DNA of 64,000 nt from a virus (lineage: Duplodnaviria; Heunggongvirae; Uroviricota; Caudoviricetes). Position numbers and translations under genes: made by a program. This document shows positions 58,173 through 64,000 of the stretch, piece after piece (position 1 is the first letter of the stretch; every line of letters starts with the position of its first letter). The stretch lies in the IMG/VR virus record IMGVR_UViG_3300037119_002976, positions 1 to 64,000 of that record; one strand, given 5' to 3'. The notes below the pieces were generated by a model. The model did no database searches. It was not told the origin of the DNA and saw only the letters and a list, made by a program, of their open reading frames with translations.

Positions 58173-58607
58173 TCAGGTGATGTGGACGGACGGCAATGGT
58201 TCGACCGTCCTTTTGTGCCTCTCGATGATCTCTGCGTACGCGGCGTTCGCGCCGGCAGCGCGGCGAGCTCGGGTTCCGTCGACCTTCCACGAGACCTGCT
58301 CGACCACGATCTCCCGGATCACTTCCTCCGGACAGCCTGCTTCACGAAGCTCTTCCTCGAGCGCCTGGGGGTCGGGGTAGTCCACGCGGGTCGTCCCCTT
58401 GAGCTCCACCTTCCCCACGCCGTCGATGTGGAACGTCTTGGTCGCGAGGATCTCTGAGCGGTAGCGCATCGCTTCACGCAGGACGCGCTCGGCGTCCAGC
58501 ACCTGGTCCTTCAGCTTCTTCAGATCTCGGTAGGCGATCGCGATCTCGCGCTCGTCCTCGAGGTTGACCAGGACGCCTGACGCAGGCAGAACGAGGGCCG
58601 AGCCCAT
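58173..58607 (-). CDS. hypothetical protein (144 aa)
   Basis: Internal ATG at 58607 (reverse strand) of the longer 58173-58841 ORF, whose N-terminal Ser/Thr/Arg part overlaps the upstream gene. Confidence 0.35.
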   Translation of the reverse strand: MGSALVLPASGVLVNLEDEREIAIAYRDLKKLKDQVLDAERVLREAMRYRSEILATKTFHIDGVGKVELKGTTRVDYPDPQALEEELREAGCPEEVIREIVVEQVSWKVDGTRARRAAGANAAYAEIIERHKRTVEPLPSVHIT

Positions 58608-58626
58608 CTCGGCGACCTCGGGTCCT

Positions 58627-59187
58627 TCAGCGGCCACGCTTGATCCCGAAGTCACGCCCCTTGATCTTGGCCATGCGTCCGTCGGGGTGATGGAAGACGA
58701 TGCCCTCCCAATCGGTCTCCGAGAGGAAGTCTTTGATGCCGTCGAACGACCGATCGAGATTGCCGACGCCCTCCGCGAAGTCGTGGCGGACGAGCTCGTG
58801 CTGGTCGAACTTCTCCGGGTTCCCTTGCACCTTCGGCCCAACGAGCTCGTACGTGCCCTCGTCGAGCGGCTCGGTGCGGCGAGCGATCGCGTCTCGGTAC
58901 CACTTGTCCTCGGGCCCGTAGCCGACGGCGACCCAGCCGATCACCTTGCCGGTGTTCATGTCGTCGTCCACCTGCTGGAAGCCCTCCGGCGGCGCCTTGC
59001 CACCACGCAGCTCGAGCCGCTTGAAGAGGTTCCCCTCGACGTCGACGTACACGGCCGTCCCGTCGTACTTGCGGATCGCGTTGCCCTCGCCCACGAAGAC
59101 CCACTCGCAGCCAGGAGTCGGGATCGGCAGAACGCGGCTGCGGTCGCCGTCCCAGTCTCTCTCGAAGATGGTCGGAATCTTCTTCAT
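58627..59187 (-). CDS. minimal nucleotidyltransferase of the ligase superfamily (RNA/DNA-ligase-like, KxDG motif I) (186 aa)
   Basis: Motif I AIRKYDGTAVYVD (K-x-D-G); downstream acidic and basic motifs (EGIVFHHPDGRMAKIKGRD) consistent with ligase motifs IV-V; small size. Confidence 0.5.
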   Translation of the reverse strand: MKKIPTIFERDWDGDRSRVLPIPTPGCEWVFVGEGNAIRKYDGTAVYVDVEGNLFKRLELRGGKAPPEGFQQVDDDMNTGKVIGWVAVGYGPEDKWYRDAIARRTEPLDEGTYELVGPKVQGNPEKFDQHELVRHDFAEGVGNLDRSFDGIKDFLSETDWEGIVFHHPDGRMAKIKGRDFGIKRGR

Positions 59188-59314
59188 GGTGTGGAGAAAT
59201 GGATTCGCCGAGCCCGCATCTCCCTTTCGTCCACTTCCCTTACTGACTTTCGGGTCCCCCCTACAGCCAGTCCGAGAAGCATCAACCTACCGGGGCGCGG
59301 TTTTCGGCGCTCGG

Positions 59315-59344
59315 GGAATCTACCACTTCTCCACCATCTGTCAA
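59315..59344 (-). promoter_or_regulatory. candidate sigma-70 promoter on reverse strand (TTGACA-18 nt-TAGATT)
   Basis: Reverse complement of 59339-59344 is TTGACA and of 59315-59320 is TAGATT. It lies in the 150 bp gap upstream of the ligase-like gene. Confidence 0.4.
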
Positions 59345-59655
59345 GCGGCCTGGAGCCCGCGGTTGAGGCGCTCCTCACACAGCTGCCGGCCCTGCTCGTA
59401 GGGGTGGTAGTGCGAGCACTTCTTCCACACTGGGCGACGCTTGAGGATCGCGCGGCGGATCGACTCCAGCATCGGGTGATGACGGTGGCAGAGCGTGAGC
59501 AAGTTGTCGTCCTCGTCCGTTCCACCCTCGCGGCGAGAGACGATGTGATGCACGTCAAGGACGGCGGAGCACTCTCCGCCGAGGAAGCGACCGCTACAGC
59601 GGTGCTGATCGCGCTCGAGGACGCGATCCCGGATGTCTTCCCAGCGCTCTGGCAT
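59341..59655 (-). CDS. HNH endonuclease (104 aa)
   Basis: HNH core CSAVLDVHHIVSRREGGTDEDDNLLTLCHRHH. Confidence 0.65.
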   Translation of the reverse strand: MPERWEDIRDRVLERDQHRCSGRFLGGECSAVLDVHHIVSRREGGTDEDDNLLTLCHRHHPMLESIRRAILKRRPVWKKCSHYHPYEQGRQLCEERLNRGLQAA

Positions 59656-59701
59656 TGCAACTCACGCTGCAAATGATGCCATAACACATCGGATGTCGGC
59701 G

Positions 59702-59926
59702 TCAAATCAGGGAGTCCTGTCCAGGAGATATCCCACTTTTCAACTTCCGGATGCAGTTGTCACAGGCGTACACCTCGATCGTTTCACGCAGGGAGATGTC
59801 GGAGCCGCCGCGGCGGGTAGAGCTCATGTGCGCTTTGCGCTCCCAGCCCTGGACGCGACGCCAGGTGTAGCGCGACGTCGGATCGACTGGCGTTCCGCAG
59901 TAGGTGCAGGGGGCGGTCATGTCCAT
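59702..59926 (-). CDS. zinc-ribbon protein (74 aa)
   Basis: CTYCG...CDNC four-Cys arrangement. Confidence 0.4.
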   Translation of the reverse strand: MDMTAPCTYCGTPVDPTSRYTWRRVQGWERKAHMSSTRRGGSDISLRETIEVYACDNCIRKLKSGISPGQDSLI

Positions 59927-60147
59927 CGAAACCCCTTTCGTCGGAAGAGTGGACGGGCAGCGCCGGGCACCTTCTTCATCTCCAGCACGCCCTTCTCGAC
60001 GAGACGATGGACGTGGTAGTGAACGCTCCCCTTCGACGAGAGCCCCAGGAAGAGACCGATCTGGTCGTAGCTCGGGCTCGTCCAGTACTCCGTCCAGTAC
60101 GAGTCGATGAATGCGAGGAGCTCGGCTTCTGTGCGCGTCCCGATCAC
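59917..60147 (-). CDS. winged-HTH DNA-binding protein, LexA-N-terminal-domain-like (76 aa)
   Basis: SPSYDQIGLFLGLSSKGSVHYHVHRLVEKGVL matches the LexA DNA-binding domain consensus; no protease domain. Confidence 0.45.
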   Translation of the reverse strand: MIGTRTEAELLAFIDSYWTEYWTSPSYDQIGLFLGLSSKGSVHYHVHRLVEKGVLEMKKVPGAARPLFRRKGFRWT

Positions 60148-60317
60148 GACTTCGTCGCGAACTCTTCGAGGCTTGGCTGCGCGGCCTTGGTGTCCTGGGT
60201 TGTGATCTTATTCGAGAGGTTCTTCAGGTCCTGCACCAGCTGCGGATCGTCGGCGAAGATACGCGCGACCAGCAGCACGCAGTACACGACGATCTGCTGC
60301 CTCCAGGTGACGTTCAT
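60144..60317 (-). CDS. small membrane protein (57 aa)
   Basis: RBS GGGAGGAGA before the reverse-strand ATG 60317; TM helix QQIVVYCVLLVARIF. Confidence 0.35.
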   Translation of the reverse strand: MNVTWRQQIVVYCVLLVARIFADDPQLVQDLKNLSNKITTQDTKAAQPSLEEFATKS

Positions 60318-60763
60318 GGGGTCTCCTCCCAGGTGATGATGTGGAACCGGTCGTCGAGGATTCCAGCGATGAAGGGCCCCACGATGTCGTAGGAGAGCTG
60401 GCCGTTTCCACAGCCCGGCCGCGGCACGACGCAGATTTCCCAGTCCTCGCGATCGGCCGCCTCCATCGCCTCCTTGCACGATCGCTCGATCAGAGCGAGG
60501 TCGGCGGGCTGGTGCCAGTGATGCTTCACCGGGAAGGTGATCAGGTCCTTCATCCCGACCCAGTTCTTGAAGCAGAAGACGTGGTTGCCGTTCGCGATGA
60601 TCGAAGCTCCCACGGCCAGCGGCAGACCCGGCCAGAGGTCGGCGGCCTCCTTCGCACAGCCCGCGCCCATGACGGCACGCCCGTCCTTGCGCACAAAGCC
60701 GTTCGTCGTGATCGCGATCGCGCTCGCTGAGTACTCGAAGAGATCTCCGTAGACGTCGATCAT
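60314..60763 (-). CDS. macro-domain protein (TARG1/DarG-like ADP-ribose hydrolase fold) (149 aa)
   Basis: N-terminus IDVYGDLFEYSASAIAITTNGFVRKDGRAVMGAGCAKEAADLWP follows the GDLF...MGAGIA consensus of OARD1/TARG1/DarG macro domains. Confidence 0.6.
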   Translation of the reverse strand: MIDVYGDLFEYSASAIAITTNGFVRKDGRAVMGAGCAKEAADLWPGLPLAVGASIIANGNHVFCFKNWVGMKDLITFPVKHHWHQPADLALIERSCKEAMEAADREDWEICVVPRPGCGNGQLSYDIVGPFIAGILDDRFHIITWEETP

Positions 60764-61113
60764 GCGGGCCTCCCCTCGCAGTAGAGCTCGATCGGGATGC
60801 CATGCTTCTCGGCGAGGTCGACCATCATCGACGTGCCACTGGATCGCCCATCCCAGAAGGCGATACAGAGATCAGCGCCGATGACCGCCATGCGCTCGTT
60901 GCGGATGAAGCCAGCGCGCTTGCCGTAGTAGTCCCAGTCGGCCGGATGCTCCTCGACCAGGAGACCGAGCTTGGCGGCCTCTTCTCCCGCGATGCGATCG
61001 GCCCCCTTCGCCTTCCCGTGGACGATGACCGTGTCCGTAGGCAGGTCGAAGAGACGGTTCGCGATCGCCTCGCGATCCGTCCAGTCTCGGGATCCGCAGA
61101 CGATGACTCTCAC
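60760..61113 (-). CDS. SLOG-superfamily (DUF2493/YspA-like) Rossmann protein (117 aa)
   Basis: RVIVCGSRDWTD...VIVHGKAKGADRIAGEEAAKLG...GFIRNERM matches the DUF2493 pattern. 4 nt overlap with the macro-domain gene. Confidence 0.5.
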   Translation of the reverse strand: MRVIVCGSRDWTDREAIANRLFDLPTDTVIVHGKAKGADRIAGEEAAKLGLLVEEHPADWDYYGKRAGFIRNERMAVIGADLCIAFWDGRSSGTSMMVDLAEKHGIPIELYCEGRPA

Positions 61114-61520
61114 TTCCCCGGCTTCGCGTGGGGAGTCACTTCGGTAGCGATCACGCCTGCCAGCTCTTCGCGTGTGAGCTCGGGCTGATAGAGCAGGCCA
61201 TAGTGGATGTCCTTGAGTATCCCTTCCAGGAGCCGCTCCCGATCGTCGCGCTCTACGGTCCTCACCTCGTACCGCTGTATCTCGTGAGCGAGTGCTGCTC
61301 GCACTCTCTTCACTTCGTCCTCAAGATCATGCAGTTGCTTCGCGCGATCGCGGTCGGCCTGGCGGCTGACCTTGTCGGCCTCGTCACGACGAGCTACTTC
61401 CTGCGCGCAGCCTTCGAGCTTCGCGGTCAGGCGCTCGAGCTCCTCGACGAGGATCTTCACCTCGCTCGTCGACAGGACGCTGCCGTGACGGACGCGCTCC
61501 ACGAGGAAGCTGAGCGTCAT
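61110..61520 (-). CDS. coiled-coil protein (136 aa)
   Basis: Internal ATG at 61520; the N-terminal 200 aa of the 61110-62117 ORF is Arg-rich GC artefact overlapping the next gene. Confidence 0.4.
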   Translation of the reverse strand: MTLSFLVERVRHGSVLSTSEVKILVEELERLTAKLEGCAQEVARRDEADKVSRQADRDRAKQLHDLEDEVKRVRAALAHEIQRYEVRTVERDDRERLLEGILKDIHYGLLYQPELTREELAGVIATEVTPHAKPGK

Positions 61521-61999
61521 GACCCCGCCGGCAGCGCGAGCCGCAGGTCGCCGGGCATGACGCCCGTCTCGTACACCTCGTTCAGCTGGGGAGCGATCCA
61601 CTCGCCGACGGTCTCTCCGCCAGGGAGCATCGTGTACGCGAGGAACTCGTCCTCGAACGTCGCGATGCCTGCGTCGATGGCCTCGAGCTTCGCCTTGATC
61701 ACGAGCAGGAGCGCTCGCCAACGCGATCGCTGTGCCTGCTCCCAGTGCTTGGTGATCTGCTCGGGCGACCGCCAACGTCCGGCGGGCGACTTGTTGAAGT
61801 CCTCGCGCGGCGGTACGTGTACGCGGAAGCGCACCTGCCGCATCTCGCCGGAGCCCTCGTTGTGGACGACGAACGCGATGACGGCTTCCTCGCGGTCCCA
61901 GCCGTACATGAACTTCGAGGCGCCGTAGCGCTGCAGGGTGCGCTCGATCTCCGCCCGAGAGCGTTCGACCGAAACGGATGTCTGATTCGCGTACGCCAT
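61517..61999 (-). CDS. hypothetical protein (160 aa)
   Basis: ATGA overlap with the downstream gene; mixed alpha/beta. Confidence 0.45.
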   Translation of the reverse strand: MAYANQTSVSVERSRAEIERTLQRYGASKFMYGWDREEAVIAFVVHNEGSGEMRQVRFRVHVPPREDFNKSPAGRWRSPEQITKHWEQAQRSRWRALLLVIKAKLEAIDAGIATFEDEFLAYTMLPGGETVGEWIAPQLNEVYETGVMPGDLRLALPAGS

Positions 62000-62490
62000 C
62001 AGAAGGTGCGCCCACAGTGCGGGCAGGTGGTCTTGTCCTTGCCGGGCGGAAGCTCACCGATCGGCTCGCCCTGCATGGCTCGACGGGCCTCGCGCATTTC
62101 CTCGCGCTTCCAGTCACCGGCCACAGCTCGAGAGATCAGCTCGTCGCGTTGCGCTGGCGGGAGGTAGGCGACTTCGGAGATCACGGTCATGTGCAAACCT
62201 CGTCGTCGAGCTGGAGGGACGTGCTTCGCCACCGACTTGTAGTTGGCGAGTGTCTGCGGCGAGTGCGGGAACGATGCCTCGATCTGAGCGAACTGCTCGC
62301 CGAACACGTCCTCTCCGGTGTTGAGGAAGTCGCCGACCCACCACGGGTATCCGCGGCCGAGGCCGCCGAGGAAGCGACCGAGGTCCTCGTACTTGTCCCA
62401 CGTGAGCCCCTCCGGGTTTGTGATCCGGAGGGACGTGTCGGAAACAACAGCGCCGGCGGCTTCCAGCGCCGAAAGGTCGGTCGAGGGCAA
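61999..62490 (-). CDS. hypothetical protein with C-terminal CxxC (163 aa)
   Basis: TTG start at 62490; Trp-rich; C-terminal TTCPHCGRTF. Confidence 0.4.
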   Translation of the reverse strand: MPSTDLSALEAAGAVVSDTSLRITNPEGLTWDKYEDLGRFLGGLGRGYPWWVGDFLNTGEDVFGEQFAQIEASFPHSPQTLANYKSVAKHVPPARRRGLHMTVISEVAYLPPAQRDELISRAVAGDWKREEMREARRAMQGEPIGELPPGKDKTTCPHCGRTF

Positions 62491-62494
62491 AGCC

Positions 62495-62794
62495 CTACTG
62501 CCAGGTGATCGTCGTCTGAGTCTCGACCTTCGGGGACAGCGGCTGCCAGTAGCGCTCTGCGACGGCGACGTAACTCGCGGTCGGACTGGCGTCGTCGCCG
62601 AGTGAGCTCAGGGCACTCTTGACGTCTGAGGCGGTGACGTTCTTGACCTTGCTCCACGGACCGTCCTTGGCCCGCTGCTCGAGGATGACGTACTCGCGCT
62701 CTGACGTTCCCTTGTCCTTGTCCGACTCCGGCTCCTGCTCCTGCGGCTCGGTCGGCTCTGTCGGCGCGAGCTGGTCCTGCTGGATGGTGCTCAT
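62495..62794 (-). CDS. acidic protein (99 aa)
   Basis: RBS AAGGAG 8 nt before the reverse-strand ATG 62794; very acidic N-terminus (PTEPTEPQEQEPESD). Confidence 0.45.
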   Translation of the reverse strand: MSTIQQDQLAPTEPTEPQEQEPESDKDKGTSEREYVILEQRAKDGPWSKVKNVTASDVKSALSSLGDDASPTASYVAVAERYWQPLSPKVETQTTITWQ

Positions 62795-63132
62795 GATGGG
62801 ACACTCCTTGGTCGTCGGGTCGGCGAGTAGTCGCCGAGGCCGTAGTGGGCAGCGAGGACGCTGATCACGATTCCTCGCACAACTGTGCGCTGGTCGATGG
62901 CGGCGGTCATGCGCAGCTTCAGGTGCAGCGACTCGTCCACCCTGAGCTTGAACTGCGGTGCCATCTTTCGGTAGGGCTTCCCGGACAACTCCCACTGAAG
63001 CCCGAAGTACTCGGCGAGGATCGACCCGGCGACATCGTTCAGAGTCACGTTCTCTTCGGACGCCTCCTGGTCAAGGGCTGCTCGCAGGTCATCTGGGAGA
63101 ACCTCGTTCAGGATTAGAGCTCCTCGCGCCAT
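62791..63132 (-). CDS. putative ribbon-helix-helix-type DNA-binding protein (113 aa)
   Basis: Two repeats of a beta-alpha-alpha-like pattern (VTLNDVAGSILAEYFG; LHLKLRMTAAIDQRTVVRGIVISVLAAHYG). Confidence 0.45.
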   Translation of the reverse strand: MARGALILNEVLPDDLRAALDQEASEENVTLNDVAGSILAEYFGLQWELSGKPYRKMAPQFKLRVDESLHLKLRMTAAIDQRTVVRGIVISVLAAHYGLGDYSPTRRPRSVPS

Positions 63133-63149
63133 CGGAGTAAATCTACTCC

Positions 63150-63482
63150 TTACACCGGACGACGCCGAAAGCTCACCCCGAAGATGTTGTACGCCATCAT
63201 CTCGATCTGCCTGCGACGCACTGGCTCGATGTGCTTGGTGACGAGGCTGTCGACGTGGCGATCGAATGCTGGTCGCATCGTCCGAGACAGTGTTGTCGCC
63301 AGGCGCCCGTTCGCAAGCGGGATCGTTTTCTGCGTGAGTTCGACGAGGAGCGGCTCAGCCTGCAGGCCAAGTCGCTGCACGTAGGGGATGAACGTCTCGT
63401 CGCCGAGCGGCTCCGGCAAGCCCTCGTCCAGGGCCCAGCGCGGTGGCTCGGGACGCAGGCCAAAGTCTTTCAATCTAGGCAT
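63150..63482 (-). CDS. hypothetical protein (110 aa)
   Basis: ORF with ATG at 63482. Confidence 0.4.
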   Translation of the reverse strand: MPRLKDFGLRPEPPRWALDEGLPEPLGDETFIPYVQRLGLQAEPLLVELTQKTIPLANGRLATTLSRTMRPAFDRHVDSLVTKHIEPVRRRQIEMMAYNIFGVSFRRRPV

Positions 63483-64000
63483 CGGGCTCCAGTGTCAGAA
63501 GGGAGAGCTGCTGCAGACGATCCGCGATCTGATCGCAGTACTCGTCCGAGAGCTCGATGAGCAAGGAGTGCCGTTCGAGCGAGCGAGCGACGAGCGCGGT
63601 CGTCCCGGCGCCGGCGAATGGATCCATGACGATGCCTGCCCGGAAGTCGTCGTGGCCGCAGTCCGTCCAGCCGACCGTCTTCGGCGGATGGGCGTCGCGC
63701 CAGTCCTGCATCTTCTGGCCGCCGAGATCAGACGTCGTCTCATGCCAGTCGTAGGAGTGCGGCTTGTTCTTCTCAGACTCGGGCACGGGCTCCGTCTCGA
63801 CGATCCGCTCGCGCGGGGCCCCGCACGTCCGGCATACCCACTCCGGGCACCCCGCGAGGATGCAGCGGCGCGGCAGCTCCTCGGGGAAGGTGGCGAAGTG
63901 GGCCTCGGGATACGGCTGCGTCGGGATCGTCCACACCGAGCGGATGTTCTTACCGCCAGCGGTAGCCAGGAGCTTCTCCCTTGACTGCGGCTTGATCCAG
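63475..64000 (-). CDS. DNA methyltransferase (N4-C/N6-A, beta class), C-terminal part; gene continues beyond the window
   Basis: HFATFPEELPRRCI (conserved cofactor-region motif of pfam01555 methylases) followed by motif I DPFAGAGTT; the reverse frame is still open at position 64000. Confidence 0.6.
   Translation of the reverse strand, partial: WIKPQSREKLLATAGGKNIRSVWTIPTQPYPEAHFATFPEELPRRCILAGCPEWVCRTCGAPRERIVETEPVPESEKNKPHSYDWHETTSDLGGQKMQDWRDAHPPKTVGWTDCGHDDFRAGIVMDPFAGAGTTALVARSLERHSLLIELSDEYCDQIADRLQQLSLLTLEPDA

Noticed and set aside
61110-62117. 335 aa reverse-strand ORF
   Set aside because: Its N-terminal 200 aa is Arg/Ala/Gly-rich and overlaps a better ORF (61517-61999). Only the C-terminal coiled-coil part from the internal ATG 61520 was retained.

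Overview
This 64 kb window reads as one contiguous stretch of a high-GC (~65%) tailed dsDNA phage genome of the actinobacteriophage / siphovirus type. No host chromosomal genes or integrase are visible. Genes are densely packed, with many ATGA/GTGA/TTGA stop-start overlaps. From left to right: (1) 1-7060, small early or accessory genes on the + strand, including a secreted Pro-rich collagen-like protein, an HNH endonuclease and a cluster of three tRNA-like genes. (2) 6562-8898, terminase small and large subunits. (3) 8895-19434, an unusual island between terminase and portal, with GT-A glycosyltransferases, SAM methyltransferases (two of FkbM type), a PIG-L/LmbE deacetylase, an SPFH/band-7 protein with a lipoprotein partner, a second HNH, and two tRNAs on the opposite strand in a 500 bp gap. 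(4) 19697-26903, portal, prohead protease and major capsid protein with an N-terminal scaffold-like acidic domain, interrupted by a single reverse-strand gene and a 480 bp C-rich non-coding tract. (5) 27002-38260, a fibre module comprising a 1572 aa collagen-like G-X-Thr protein followed by a tandemly duplicated FN3-domain + LamG-domain gene pair. (6) 38257-44983, a second glycosylation and methylation island of three GTs (including a GT4 GT-B enzyme) and four methyltransferases, invaded by a LAGLIDADG homing endonuclease. (7) 45004-54401, neck and tail genes, including tail assembly chaperones with a candidate -1 frameshift, a 1404 aa tape measure protein and minor tail proteins. (8) 54404-56885, a lysis cassette with a multidomain endolysin and holin-like proteins, ending in a bidirectional terminator. 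(9) 56964-64000, a reverse-strand block with two more HNH endonucleases, a lytic-transglycosylase-like gene, a KxDG nucleotidyltransferase (RNA/DNA-ligase-like), a macro domain, a SLOG-like protein, small DNA-binding proteins and a DNA methyltransferase that runs off the window. The most notable point is the number of sugar-modifying enzymes (at least 8 GTs, 6 MTs and 1 deacetylase) inside the virion-structure region, sitting next to a very long Thr-rich collagen-like fibre. This looks like a phage-encoded virion or fibre glycosylation system that is much larger than the known small mycobacteriophage cassettes and resembles BclA-type glycosylated collagen. Apart from the listed motif matches, all function calls are motif-level inferences from the translated ORFs; no searches were run.
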